A stretch of DNA of 64,000 nucleotides from IMG/VR virus record IMGVR_UViG_3300050821_013430, positions 248,001 through 312,000 of that record. One strand, given 5' to 3'. The position numbers and the translations under genes are program-made. The notes below the pieces were generated by a model. It did no database searches and was not told the DNA's origin. It worked only from the letters and a program-made list of their open reading frames with translations. Below are positions 45,288 to 53,852 of the stretch, piece after piece; position 1 is the first letter of the stretch, and every line of letters begins with the position of its first letter.

Positions 45288-45536
45288 TCAGTGTACCTTT
45301 CGACATTGAGGACAAGTCTTCCCAATCATCCTGTCTACCTGGCCAGCAAACTTCGGGGAGCTATTACTGAACGACCACCAATTACCCTCTGATTCGTGCT
45401 GAGCGTCCGAGGCACCTTCTTCGTCTCCTATCTCACGATAGACTTCCGCCGCACAATCAATGCAGAGCATACGATGCTTCATTTGGTTGGCGGACGGATG
45501 GACTATTCTCAAACAGAGTTCGCACGGCTTTTCCAT
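45288..45536 (-). CDS. CPQCG-tag family, CxxC-CxxC type
   Basis: MEKPCELC...CIDC...CPQCRKVH*. Confidence 0.8.
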   Translation of the reverse strand: MEKPCELCLRIVHPSANQMKHRMLCIDCAAEVYREIGDEEGASDAQHESEGNWWSFSNSSPKFAGQVDRMIGKTCPQCRKVH

Positions 45537-45545
45537 CTCTTCACC

Positions 45546-45746
45546 TCAGTGTTGAATGCCACATTGCGGACAGGAGCCGGGCGCAAGCACTGTAAAGTGC
45601 CAGGCATAGTACCACGCTAATAGGCCCAGGTTATTGATCAGTTGATAATCACCCACATTGTCGGGGTTCGATACCGTATAGACCTTCCCCACGGTCAACT
45701 TGTTCTCATCTACACCAGTGGTGTTGATGCACTTGACTTGCTTCAT
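45546..45746 (-). CDS. CPQCG-tag family, MKVKCID type
   Basis: QVKCIN...LTVGKVYTV...CPQCGIQH*. Confidence 0.8.
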   Translation of the reverse strand: MKQVKCINTTGVDENKLTVGKVYTVSNPDNVGDYQLINNLGLLAWYYAWHFTVLAPGSCPQCGIQH

Positions 45747-45759
45747 TCAGTCTCTCTTC

Positions 45760-46017
45760 TTAGTGTTTCAGACCACACTGCGGACAATGGCCACGCTTGA
45801 TGCGTAGTATTTCCAGCCCTTCGGCAATGTTCTTGCTAGTCTTGTCGAAGTCCCACCATCCCTCAGTGTCTCTCTCGGCACGGTCTCGTCTTTCGCGATC
45901 CCCCACTTCCACATAGGCATCTACGGCGCAAGTAGTACACACCACTCGTCGTGTAAGAACTTCCACGCGCGAAGGACATTCCAATACCTTCGAACACAAT
46001 TCACAGTGTCTTGTCAT
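45760..46017 (-). CDS. CPQCG-tag family, CxxC-CxxC type
   Basis: CELC...CTTC...CPQCGLKH*. Confidence 0.8.
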   Translation of the reverse strand: MTRHCELCSKVLECPSRVEVLTRRVVCTTCAVDAYVEVGDRERRDRAERDTEGWWDFDKTSKNIAEGLEILRIKRGHCPQCGLKH

Positions 46018-46040
46018 TGTCTTTCCTCCTCGATTGAGGG

Positions 46041-46253
46041 TTAGTTAGAAGTCTTCGGCGGGCCCCAACCAGAATCGATATGCTTCAACTCTTCGTGTTG
46101 GTATTGCTCGGGAGTATACCCACAGCGTTTCAACCACTCTACATACTTATGGTAGTAGGCAGCCGCTTCGTGATAATCCTTGGCCATCGCCATCTGACTA
46201 ATCAGGGCATCGGCTCGTTCGGATACGAAGTGATATGGGAGTTTAGCGGCCAT
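46041..46253 (-). CDS. hypothetical protein
   Basis: GCAT-N6-ATG upstream. Confidence 0.6.
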   Translation of the reverse strand: MAAKLPYHFVSERADALISQMAMAKDYHEAAAYYHKYVEWLKRCGYTPEQYQHEELKHIDSGWGPPKTSN

Positions 46254-46264
46254 ACCACTATGCC

Positions 46265-47260
46265 TTATTCTGCGCAGCGATTGATCCTCTCTACCGCTTC
46301 CTGCAAGGTTTTAGCCTCCACCGCCAAATTGATCCTGATATGGCCTTCCTTACCGAAGTGCTTTCCATCTGGCACTGAAATCTTGGCCGCTTTCAGAACA
46401 TCCGGTCTCTTGCATTGTACGAAGGCGAACATTCCGGGCTGTTCCGGCAAATCCTTGGGAATATCCAAAACGGTTGGATTGATCTTGACCAAGGTTTTCT
46501 TGGCTTCTTTCAAGGCGTGCCGAGCATCAGCCTCAAAGGCTAACTGCTTCTCGGGACATTCCTGCATAGCCCGTAGCAGGCCGTAAACGGCCTTCTGAGA
46601 GGCAATTGAGACCCCGACCGTGGTCATCTCCACATACTCACGGATAAGCCCGTAGAAGTCAGAATTGGGGCATACGGCCCATCCTACTCGGAGGCCGGAT
46701 AATCCCAGATATTTGGAAGCGCTGAATAGTTGGATATCACCGATTGGGGGTAGAGGATAATCGGCGGGAAGATAGAGATGGTTGTAATAGACCGCATCGT
46801 GAATGAGCGGCACACCCTCGAAAGCCCATTCTCTTTCTGAGGTATCAAGTGAATTGTCTGGATTATTAGGTAGCACCAATAGTTGAGCATCAGAAGGCAA
46901 AAGGGGATCAAACTCGCAAGTAAGACCGTGGCAGTGCATCACGGGCGGAAGCAAACACCAATAGATCGGGCCCAGTCCGATCGATCTTTTGCCCATCTTA
47001 TGCAGGGCATACGCTATACTTCCGAGACCCTGCTTGGCTCCGTTGGTAATCACAACCGGAGCCTTATACTGCTCTTCCAAAAGACCGACCAATGGTTTAT
47101 AGCCAGAGGGATCGGGATACTCATACTCGTGGTCAGTGAGTTTGTAGAAGGGAAACTCGAAGTGTTTGGACAAGGCTTGCCGGACTAAAACCGCTTCACC
47201 AACTGATAAGTCTATCCAATCAGCGGGCAGTTTTGGTTTGGCAAGGAGCATGTCGGTCAT
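46265..47260 (-). CDS. PLP-dependent aminotransferase class I/II
   Basis: IDLSVGE, ITNGAKQGL, PNNPD, HDAVY, SASKYLGLSGLRVGW, GHIRINLA. Confidence 0.9.
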   Translation of the reverse strand: MTDMLLAKPKLPADWIDLSVGEAVLVRQALSKHFEFPFYKLTDHEYEYPDPSGYKPLVGLLEEQYKAPVVITNGAKQGLGSIAYALHKMGKRSIGLGPIYWCLLPPVMHCHGLTCEFDPLLPSDAQLLVLPNNPDNSLDTSEREWAFEGVPLIHDAVYYNHLYLPADYPLPPIGDIQLFSASKYLGLSGLRVGWAVCPNSDFYGLIREYVEMTTVGVSIASQKAVYGLLRAMQECPEKQLAFEADARHALKEAKKTLVKINPTVLDIPKDLPEQPGMFAFVQCKRPDVLKAAKISVPDGKHFGKEGHIRINLAVEAKTLQEAVERINRCAE

Positions 47261-47294
47261 ATAAGGATGTCGGAAAGTTAGCGGGCCTCAATAC

Positions 47295-47420
47295 CTAACG
47301 AGAGGGATGATTTTCACAGCAATGGACTACGAGATAGAAGCAGCGATCGCATTTTGATCCGAGGTCTGTCTTCGTCCAACGATGTCCGAATAACCGACAC
47401 CAGATGCGCCTCCAATTCAC
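47295..47420 (-). CDS. small zinc-binding prophage-type protein (41 aa)
   Basis: Manual translation WCRLFGHRW...CDRC; GTGA coupling. Confidence 0.5.
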   Translation of the reverse strand: MNWRRIWCRLFGHRWTKTDLGSKCDRCFYLVVHCCENHPSR

Positions 47421-47602
47421 TTGATCTCCGTTCCACCATCAGCGGCAGCGCATACAACGCGTTTGGTACAAAGTTGCGGAGAAGTGCTTTCGCAATAGGT
47501 CTCGATCAACTGAAACGGATAGCACTTCTTTTGATCCTCAGTTGCTTGATAAGTCTCAACACACCCAGCACACATCAACACTGCCAGCATTAGCCACTTC
47601 AT
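47417..47602 (-). CDS. small Cys-rich lipoprotein
   Basis: MKWLMLAVLMCAGC lipobox. Confidence 0.6.
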   Translation of the reverse strand: MKWLMLAVLMCAGCVETYQATEDQKKCYPFQLIETYCESTSPQLCTKRVVCAAADGGTEIK

Positions 47603-48024
47603 TCGCTCTTTTCCTTCCGCAGTTTCAGGTCGAACCCTTCCTTGCGATTGATCTTGGTCAGGTCATATCCCGCCTTCTTCAATCCCATCAGGGCGCAGCA
47701 AGCCTCATCGTCATTCTTGCCGTTGCAAGCCCAGGTGATCTTCTGGGTAGCCTCCGCCTCAGTCAGTATCGGCTCTTCTTCCATCGCAGGCTCTAAGACT
47801 TTCAGCAGTCGAGACCAATCCTCTTTTCGGAGGAGGAAGTTGTCGAAGTGAAAGGACTTGCCAAACCCGAGAACGTACTCAGCGGCGACTTGCAACCTCT
47901 TCAAGAGGGGAAGTGCCGGATTGAGGTAGAAGTCGAAGTTGAACTCTTTGTCCTCTTCGTCAAACTCGATCTGCATGACGTGAGAGGGATCAGAACACTG
48001 ACAGGTAAAGTGGGCGGTATTCAC
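47599..48024 (-). CDS. hypothetical protein
   Basis: CQC...H motif. Confidence 0.65.
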   Translation of the reverse strand: MNTAHFTCQCSDPSHVMQIEFDEEDKEFNFDFYLNPALPLLKRLQVAAEYVLGFGKSFHFDNFLLRKEDWSRLLKVLEPAMEEEPILTEAEATQKITWACNGKNDDEACCALMGLKKAGYDLTKINRKEGFDLKLRKEKSE

Positions 48025-48203
48025 TTGGTCTCCTTGATCTCAGTTTGGACATACATCTTACCCTGGTAGTCGCTGCGGTATTCCAGTTTCAATTCTTGTT
48101 GCCCCAATTCGGGATAGAGGCGTTGGAGAAACTCGGTTGTAGCCCGTTGCAACTCGTTGGGAGTAAGAACGAAGATGGTGGTCTTAGTCATGGGCAGACT
48201 CCT

Positions 48204-48599
48204 TTATATGCGGAAGGTCTTCTCTTCGCCAGTCATGGGGTACAATACCCCGTATGACGAACCGTCTATTGTATAGGCAACTTTTTGGGTGCGCTTAGAA
48301 CGGAGGTAGATCTGGCAAACTGGACACGGCCGGGAAAGCGTCCAGCCACCACTTTTCTTCGAGATACGAGCCACCGCCATTACACCTTCGGCGCCAAGTT
48401 TCCGAAGCAGTCTGACTTCGGCATGGGCTTCTGGTATGGGAAAGTAGCGATCTACTTCGGTAGAAAACACGGCACCGTTTTGGGCCCGCACGATAGTCGA
48501 GTCTTTTCGTTTGCCAGCCGCGCCAACAAGGAAGTTCCTGGCATCGTTCTCATCATTCGGCAACGCATAACTGGCCGCAAGTTCCAACAAGTCAATCAT
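48204..48599 (-). CDS. cytidine/deoxycytidylate deaminase-like protein
   Basis: HAEVRLL...SRPCPVC zinc-binding motifs; VGAA, AQNG. Confidence 0.82.
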   Translation of the reverse strand: MIDLLELAASYALPNDENDARNFLVGAAGKRKDSTIVRAQNGAVFSTEVDRYFPIPEAHAEVRLLRKLGAEGVMAVARISKKSGGWTLSRPCPVCQIYLRSKRTQKVAYTIDGSSYGVLYPMTGEEKTFRI

Positions 48600-48765
48600 T
48601 GTCTCTCCACTATCCCCAGTACCTTGAATCGCTTTCGGTCAATCGTCTTCTTGGCTTGCTTCTTGGCCTTGCGTTTGCTCTTGGCCCACAGGAAGTACGT
48701 GCCTTCCGTTTGCAGACCCTCACGAGCAATCACCTTGACCAGATACTCTTTGAGAGTCATGGCAA

Positions 48766-49068
48766 TCACTTATCGGCTTCTTCCCACTTGACCAACTTCT
48801 TGGCATACTGATTCATCTGTTTGTCGTAATCGGGATTGGGTACAGTCTCCTGCCAACTGATGTATAGGTATGCATCAGCACCGTCTTCCGGCCATTCACT
48901 ACGATAGTCCTGTATCACGTCCACCAGAGCGATATCTCTGTATTTGACCGGCACTGACTTCTTGACCCACTTTACGAAGTCAGAGAGGCCCATTGAAGGA
49001 TCCCCTTCTTTCTTCTTGACTTCTCGGGTAATGACCATGGTCTTGGTAGGTCGTTTAGGCTTGTTCAT
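48766..49068 (-). CDS. hypothetical protein
   Basis: GGAG SD. Confidence 0.6.
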   Translation of the reverse strand: MNKPKRPTKTMVITREVKKKEGDPSMGLSDFVKWVKKSVPVKYRDIALVDVIQDYRSEWPEDGADAYLYISWQETVPNPDYDKQMNQYAKKLVKWEEADK

Positions 49069-49070
49069 GC

Positions 49071-49841
49071 TCAATTCTCCTCGTCTTCCCATACGTCTAA
49101 AAGGAAGGCTCCGCCCTTACCCTCTACAAACTTGACATCAATGCTATCGTCATCTAACTCGATCTGAGACCCATCTGCTACCCCTCGAAGATAAGCGATC
49201 GGATCTTCCACCTTGGACTGAGCCCCAACATCAGCCGTAGACTCAATCTTGGGCGGGGCAATCTTCTCTTCGGTATCGGTCTTGACCATCTTGGTCTTGT
49301 CTTCCGCTTTGATCTCGGGCTTGACCTTGACCATCTTGGGAAGACTGAACTCTAAGTAGTCGAGTACCTCACGAATACCGTTGACCGCACCCTCTTGATA
49401 GGAAGAGAGATAGCGTTCGCCACGTCCCACACAGTTAGTAGCAACCAACTCCTCGATCTTGGCAAGGAAGGCATTGAAGAGGTGCTTGACCAACGGAGCG
49501 TCCTCATCATCACCGTAGAGGAAGTAGACGTACTCACTTGGGCCTTCTGACGGGACTTGGTGTTCCTGCACGACATAAGAGTCATACTTCTGACTGAGCA
49601 GCAACGATAATAGCGACTTCCATCCCACTATGGTTGGCGTCCTGAAAAGGATATCGCTGTCATCATAGAGAGGCAATTCAGAACGAATGCTCTCACTCAA
49701 TTCTTGCTCGGAGATGCCGTGCTTGTCAATCAGTTTTTGAGCGAGGGTCTTGGCAGCGAGGGCTTCATTCTCGTTGGGAGAAGCAGCAAGCCGTTGTAGG
49801 TACTTCACTTTCGTCAGGATCTTGGGATCAGTTTCGCTCAT
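49071..49841 (-). CDS. DUF2786-like N-terminal domain protein
   Basis: KILTKVKYLQRLAASPNENEALAAKTLAQKLIDKHGI. Confidence 0.7.
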   Translation of the reverse strand: MSETDPKILTKVKYLQRLAASPNENEALAAKTLAQKLIDKHGISEQELSESIRSELPLYDDSDILFRTPTIVGWKSLLSLLLSQKYDSYVVQEHQVPSEGPSEYVYFLYGDDEDAPLVKHLFNAFLAKIEELVATNCVGRGERYLSSYQEGAVNGIREVLDYLEFSLPKMVKVKPEIKAEDKTKMVKTDTEEKIAPPKIESTADVGAQSKVEDPIAYLRGVADGSQIELDDDSIDVKFVEGKGGAFLLDVWEDEEN

Positions 49842-50010
49842 CGATCATCTCACGAAGGTGCTTCTTGGTTTGGTGCAATTCGCAGCCGCTGGTATGGCAG
49901 AACTTGTTGATGTCATAGCACACCGGGCAATGCTCGTAGTAGACAAACTCAAAGCGATCAAGGAAGGTCAGTGCAGAGGTAAGCGTTTGTTGGGTAGTAG
50001 GGGTGTTCAT
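49828..50010 (-). CDS. small zinc-binding protein
   Basis: CPVC...HTSGCEL. Confidence 0.55.
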   Translation of the reverse strand: MNTPTTQQTLTSALTFLDRFEFVYYEHCPVCYDINKFCHTSGCELHQTKKHLREMIDERN

Positions 50011-50231
50011 TGATGGACTTTCCGGCATTGAGGGCAGACTTTGAGTAGGTCATCGCGGAAGGACTCGGGCCAAAGATCATAGTCCATACCGCTTCGCCAG
50101 AGGCGATTACCCTTAGACGCATAGTAGGCCTTGGCACAAGGAGTGCATACGTAAACTCTGGCTTCCAAAGGTACATCGTAGGAAAGCCAGATCTCGGCAT
50201 GACAGATCAGGCATTGAGTAATGCAACTCAT
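50007..50231 (-). CDS. CPQCG-tag family, CxxC-CxxC type
   Basis: CLIC...CTPC...CPQCRKVHQ*. Confidence 0.8.
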   Translation of the reverse strand: MSCITQCLICHAEIWLSYDVPLEARVYVCTPCAKAYYASKGNRLWRSGMDYDLWPESFRDDLLKVCPQCRKVHQ

Positions 50232-50455
50232 TGATGAAACCCTTTGCATTGTGGGCAGTGGGCCTGAACGAGACGATCGTGCTGTTCACTGCGCTTTCCG
50301 ATCAGTCCGTAAGGAATGACACAATCCTTCACAACGGAGACTCGGCCTATGATCTTCCCAGCCTTTCCAGCGCAGGCAAGACACAAGTAGGTAGCATTAC
50401 CCGCACCACCACGAGTGCTGTCAATGAGGGCTTGGCAAAAGAAACAGTTGATCAT
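50228..50455 (-). CDS. CPQCG-tag family, CxxC-CxxC type
   Basis: CFFC...CLAC...CPQCKGFHQ*. Confidence 0.8.
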   Translation of the reverse strand: MINCFFCQALIDSTRGGAGNATYLCLACAGKAGKIIGRVSVVKDCVIPYGLIGKRSEQHDRLVQAHCPQCKGFHQ

Positions 50456-51369
50456 TGAGTCTCCACAAACGGCTTCACCAGTCCACTCTTGGTATCCGCC
50501 TGAAACTTCTCCCAATACCCTTTCGGGTATAGTTTGAGGATCTCCGGCCCGTTCTCAAACGCAAACTCTCGAAACCATCCTGAGGTAATGGAAGACATTA
50601 CCTTGCCCAGAGCAAACTTCCACGCACGCTCAGGCGTCCATACGCCAACATGAGGAACAAGGGAACGCTCGATGGCCAATACAGCCGCTTCTTCCACCAC
50701 ACCAGATAGTTGGATCTCACGTGTACAGGCGAAGAACTTTTCCTTGTCGCACTGCACCTGAGCCCCGTCTTTCATGTAGTAGGTGTAAGCAGGCTTCTCT
50801 TGTTGGGCCACGGAGAGATGCACGGTATCGTGATCCCAGATATAGGTTAGCCCATCGCTCTTGAAGAAGCCTTCCTTATCCTGATTGAGTTTGGGATGCT
50901 GATAGGTATAGGTCTCCTTCTCGCGTTGAGCAAGGAAGTCTCGATACTCAGGACGCACCTTCGCACCCAATCGTTTCATCACGTGGTAGTCTCGGAAGGT
51001 CTTCCAGAAGACGTGATCGGAGTACTCAAACTTCCGATACCGATGAGAGGCCTTGATGGTGAAAAGCAAGTCGAGAGTGGGCACCCAGCCGAGAGATGTC
51101 TTGATGCTCTCTTCGTTATCCTCTACCAGGCCTTTCAACATCTGGCAGGAAGTGTCGGGCTGAATGATCTCAAACTCGCAATTGGTCAGACCTTCCACGA
51201 TCATCTTCCCATTCTCGGGATAGACCTTGGTAGGTTTGACCTGAGCGGAATTGATCTTCATCCAATGCTCATACTCTTGCTGAGTGCAGACCCAATCGAA
51301 GTCCTTGGGATACCGAGAAAGGGCGTCGGGACATCGGAGGAAGAAGGCTCGGGAGCCGATGAGGATCAT
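50452..51369 (-). CDS. conserved phage protein with nucleotidyltransferase-like N-terminus
   Basis: LIGSRA...KDFDWV resembles a GS...DxD motif; KASH, WDHDTVH. Confidence 0.55.
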   Translation of the reverse strand: MILIGSRAFFLRCPDALSRYPKDFDWVCTQQEYEHWMKINSAQVKPTKVYPENGKMIVEGLTNCEFEIIQPDTSCQMLKGLVEDNEESIKTSLGWVPTLDLLFTIKASHRYRKFEYSDHVFWKTFRDYHVMKRLGAKVRPEYRDFLAQREKETYTYQHPKLNQDKEGFFKSDGLTYIWDHDTVHLSVAQQEKPAYTYYMKDGAQVQCDKEKFFACTREIQLSGVVEEAAVLAIERSLVPHVGVWTPERAWKFALGKVMSSITSGWFREFAFENGPEILKLYPKGYWEKFQADTKSGLVKPFVETQ

Positions 51370-51373
51370 GGGA

Positions 51374-51577
51374 TCAGCAGCCTATCGAGGAATTAGACCA
51401 ACCATCTTTTTCCAGGTCAAAGAGAGCGTCAGACAGACCAGAGGTGGAGTATTCATCTCGAAAAACATCGTGCTCATTGACTATCTCAGAGGCTTCTTTG
51501 AGCAACTTGGTGGCAGCCTCTATCTTGGACTGCACTAACTTGATGTACTCTTGCTCCAACTTGTTCGTCTCTTCCAT
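51374..51577 (-). CDS. hypothetical protein
   Basis: ORF; start approximate. Confidence 0.55.
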   Translation of the reverse strand: MEETNKLEQEYIKLVQSKIEAATKLLKEASEIVNEHDVFRDEYSTSGLSDALFDLEKDGWSNSSIGC

Positions 51578-51618
51578 CTCAGTCTCCATTTCTATGGGCC
51601 AAACCATTGGGATGTTCC

Positions 51619-51831
51619 TTAGTGAAACCTTCCGCATTGAGGACAGGTATGCCCTTTCAGGTTGTTATGGAACGGCCAGTCCTTATGGTAAGCGACCGAA
51701 CCGTAGTCAATAACCAGACCTAAACGAGCCATGACCTTGGCACAATCCAAACACGCGTGTAGAAACTCGGGTTTGGTGTATTCAGTAGGTGTCAATCCAA
51801 CGCCGCAAGTATGACAGGTGTGAGTATGCAT
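51619..51831 (-). CDS. CPQCG-tag family, CxxC-CxxC type
   Basis: CHTC...CLDC...CPQCGRFH*. Confidence 0.8.
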   Translation of the reverse strand: MHTHTCHTCGVGLTPTEYTKPEFLHACLDCAKVMARLGLVIDYGSVAYHKDWPFHNNLKGHTCPQCGRFH

Positions 51832-52082
51832 TTAGACCTCATGAATATGCAGGCATTGGGGGCAGGCGTGGCTCTTATGCTGCTCTAAGAGAGGCCAATG
51901 TCGCCAAACTCGTTCTTCAACGGATACATCTCAAAACGAGTATCCTTATGCAGGTTGGTGTAGTAGTCCCAACCGTTCTTGCGCTCTAACATGAGGACAT
52001 CGTGGTAGATGCCATCATCGCTGGGGGCGATCCAAAGTCGTAGGGGGCCATAGCAATGATCAACGCCGGATACTATCGACAT
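51832..52082 (-). pseudogene. probable frameshifted tag-family unit
   Basis: ORF 51885..52082 stops 5' of an out-of-frame CPQCLHIHEV* tag at 51832..51864. Confidence 0.45.
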
Positions 52083-52624
52083 GCCTGCTCCTTGCAAAGG
52101 AAAGTGATGTCATCTTCATAGAGGTGAAAGTCCGTTTCAACTTCATGCCTGATGGCTTCGTTCATTATAGCCGGGTGTTCAATACTGAGATCAGGTAAGT
52201 TCATGACATGGCCAAACTCATGCGAAGCGAACACTCTCAACTCCGACATTCTACTCACTCGATCTTCCATTAGCCAGATCGTATTGGTCGCAGGCTCATG
52301 CAATCCCATCGTCCAGAGCCCCGGATGATCATAGGTGCTCGTGATCCATCGTCTCTTCTCCCCAAACGGTATCTTGACTTGAATGGCATTGGGCTCGCAA
52401 CGCTCGACAAACCTTGCCTCAGGCGCCCTATAATCCCATATGGCCGCGCCCTCTCTAATCATCTGCTTCTCTTGATCGGAGAAACCATCGCTGATGCAAT
52501 ATGATCGCTGCACGAAGGCAGGGCGTTCAACGCTGCGATGTAGGAAGGTAAGTGTCCAAACCAGAATGACAGCAATCAGAGCGAAGCGTAAGCCTAAGGA
52601 AAGCCAGATGGACTTGAAGGTCAT
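52073..52624 (-). CDS. matrixin-like zinc metalloprotease with N-terminal anchor
   Basis: HEFGHVMNLPD...AIMN; start coupled to upstream tag. Confidence 0.72.
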   Translation of the reverse strand: MTFKSIWLSLGLRFALIAVILVWTLTFLHRSVERPAFVQRSYCISDGFSDQEKQMIREGAAIWDYRAPEARFVERCEPNAIQVKIPFGEKRRWITSTYDHPGLWTMGLHEPATNTIWLMEDRVSRMSELRVFASHEFGHVMNLPDLSIEHPAIMNEAIRHEVETDFHLYEDDITFLCKEQACR

Positions 52625-52854
52625 TGGTGTATCTCTCCACATTGAGGACAAGGGGGATGCAATCGCATCTCCTCGATGAGAGCGTTCCACTTGTATTGAG
52701 GGGACAGAGAGAAACGACAAGGGTTGGTTTCCAAACCCCCGTCATGACGCTTCCATAATCGACCAGAGCACCTGCCGCAACACAATACCATCTCATCAGA
52801 AGGGCCAAGGCCATACGATACGCTGGCTGAACACACATAGCACGGATTGATCAT
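52621..52854 (-). CDS. CPQCG-tag family, CxxC-CxxC type
   Basis: CYVC...CCGRC...CPQCGEIHQ*. Confidence 0.8.
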   Translation of the reverse strand: MINPCYVCSASVSYGLGPSDEMVLCCGRCSGRLWKRHDGGLETNPCRFSLSPQYKWNALIEEMRLHPPCPQCGEIHQ

Positions 52855-53063
52855 CAATGAACCTCGGCGCAAACACCCACATACGAGCCACCGCCCTTGT
52901 AGCAGACGAAACCGCTACTGCACTGACTATCGCTCACACAATGGGGATCAGGGTTAGTGGAAGCGACAGGAGCCGCATTAGGAGTGTTCGGATCGCTACA
53001 CAAAGAAGCGTAGCAATAATCGCCACACCCCAACATCAACAAACAGAGGCAAGCAATTCTCAT
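52854..53063 (-). CDS. small Cys-rich lipoprotein
   Basis: LMLGC lipobox; CVSDSQCSSGFVC...GVC. Confidence 0.65.
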   Translation of the reverse strand: MRIACLCLLMLGCGDYCYASLCSDPNTPNAAPVASTNPDPHCVSDSQCSSGFVCYKGGGSYVGVCAEVH

Positions 53064-53275
53064 GACAGCACCGGAGGCTCAAAGTCATCAATGATTAGGT
53101 AGTAAGGATGCACCGCTTCTCTAACCATCTCAATCTTGTTCTCGGGGCACTCTATCAACCGTACTTCACCATGAGTGCTAAGGATACGCAACTCCTGAAA
53201 CGACTGCACCAAATGCTCGAAACGAGGAACGGTGATGGTGGTTGGGGAGGGGGTGAAAAACGCGACATACCTCAT
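53060..53275 (-). CDS. hypothetical protein
   Basis: MRYVAFF...; ATGA coupled. Confidence 0.55.
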   Translation of the reverse strand: MRYVAFFTPSPTTITVPRFEHLVQSFQELRILSTHGEVRLIECPENKIEMVREAVHPYYLIIDDFEPPVLS

Positions 53276-53766
53276 TGACGGAATACCTTGTTGCAATCGG
53301 TGTTTGCCCCATTCTCTACCACGCTTTCCAAACAAGCCCGATAGGACTCGAAGTTGCGAGAGATGCGGGTGGGGGTGCAGAAGCGGTAAGTACCTGCGTA
53401 ATTGGCCATGTACTCGGTGATAGTGGGCTCTCGTTTCAGCCACTTGCGACAGAAGTCTCTGTTCTTGGCTATCAGATAGGTGCCCATCCGGATGTTGGTC
53501 TCAGGATTGAACAGGTCTTGGCAGGGAGCCTTATAGGCAAGACCGCACCTGATTTGCATAAGCCCATAATCGAGATGATCAGAAGAGATAGCCATTGGAT
53601 TCCAACGGCTCTCGTGTTTCGCCACTGAAACCGTGAGTAGGGGGTCAATGTCAAACACCTCGGCCTGCTGTTTGATGATCTTGGCGTAGGCTTCTGCCTG
53701 CACGGCTGGCATTGTCGGTGCAGAGAGTTGAATAGCGAGGACGATCTTGGCAAGTTCTCGGAACAT
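53272..53766 (-). CDS. SLT-domain lytic transglycosylase
   Basis: IDPLLTVSVAKHESRWNP.A...DYGLMQI...LFNPETNIRMGTYL...NY. Confidence 0.88.
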   Translation of the reverse strand: MFRELAKIVLAIQLSAPTMPAVQAEAYAKIIKQQAEVFDIDPLLTVSVAKHESRWNPMAISSDHLDYGLMQIRCGLAYKAPCQDLFNPETNIRMGTYLIAKNRDFCRKWLKREPTITEYMANYAGTYRFCTPTRISRNFESYRACLESVVENGANTDCNKVFRQ

Positions 53767-53812
53767 GAGGTTATCCTTTGTCGGTTAGGTGCCTTCCCCA
53801 CGGCAAAGTTGG

Positions 53813-53852
53813 CTCGACAGGCAAAGACCGTTTGGATCTTTGCCCCGTCGAG
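53813..53852. other. long intergenic hairpin (about 16 bp stem)
   Basis: CTCGACAGGCAAAGACC-GTTT-GGATCTTTGCCCCGTCGAG. Confidence 0.5.
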
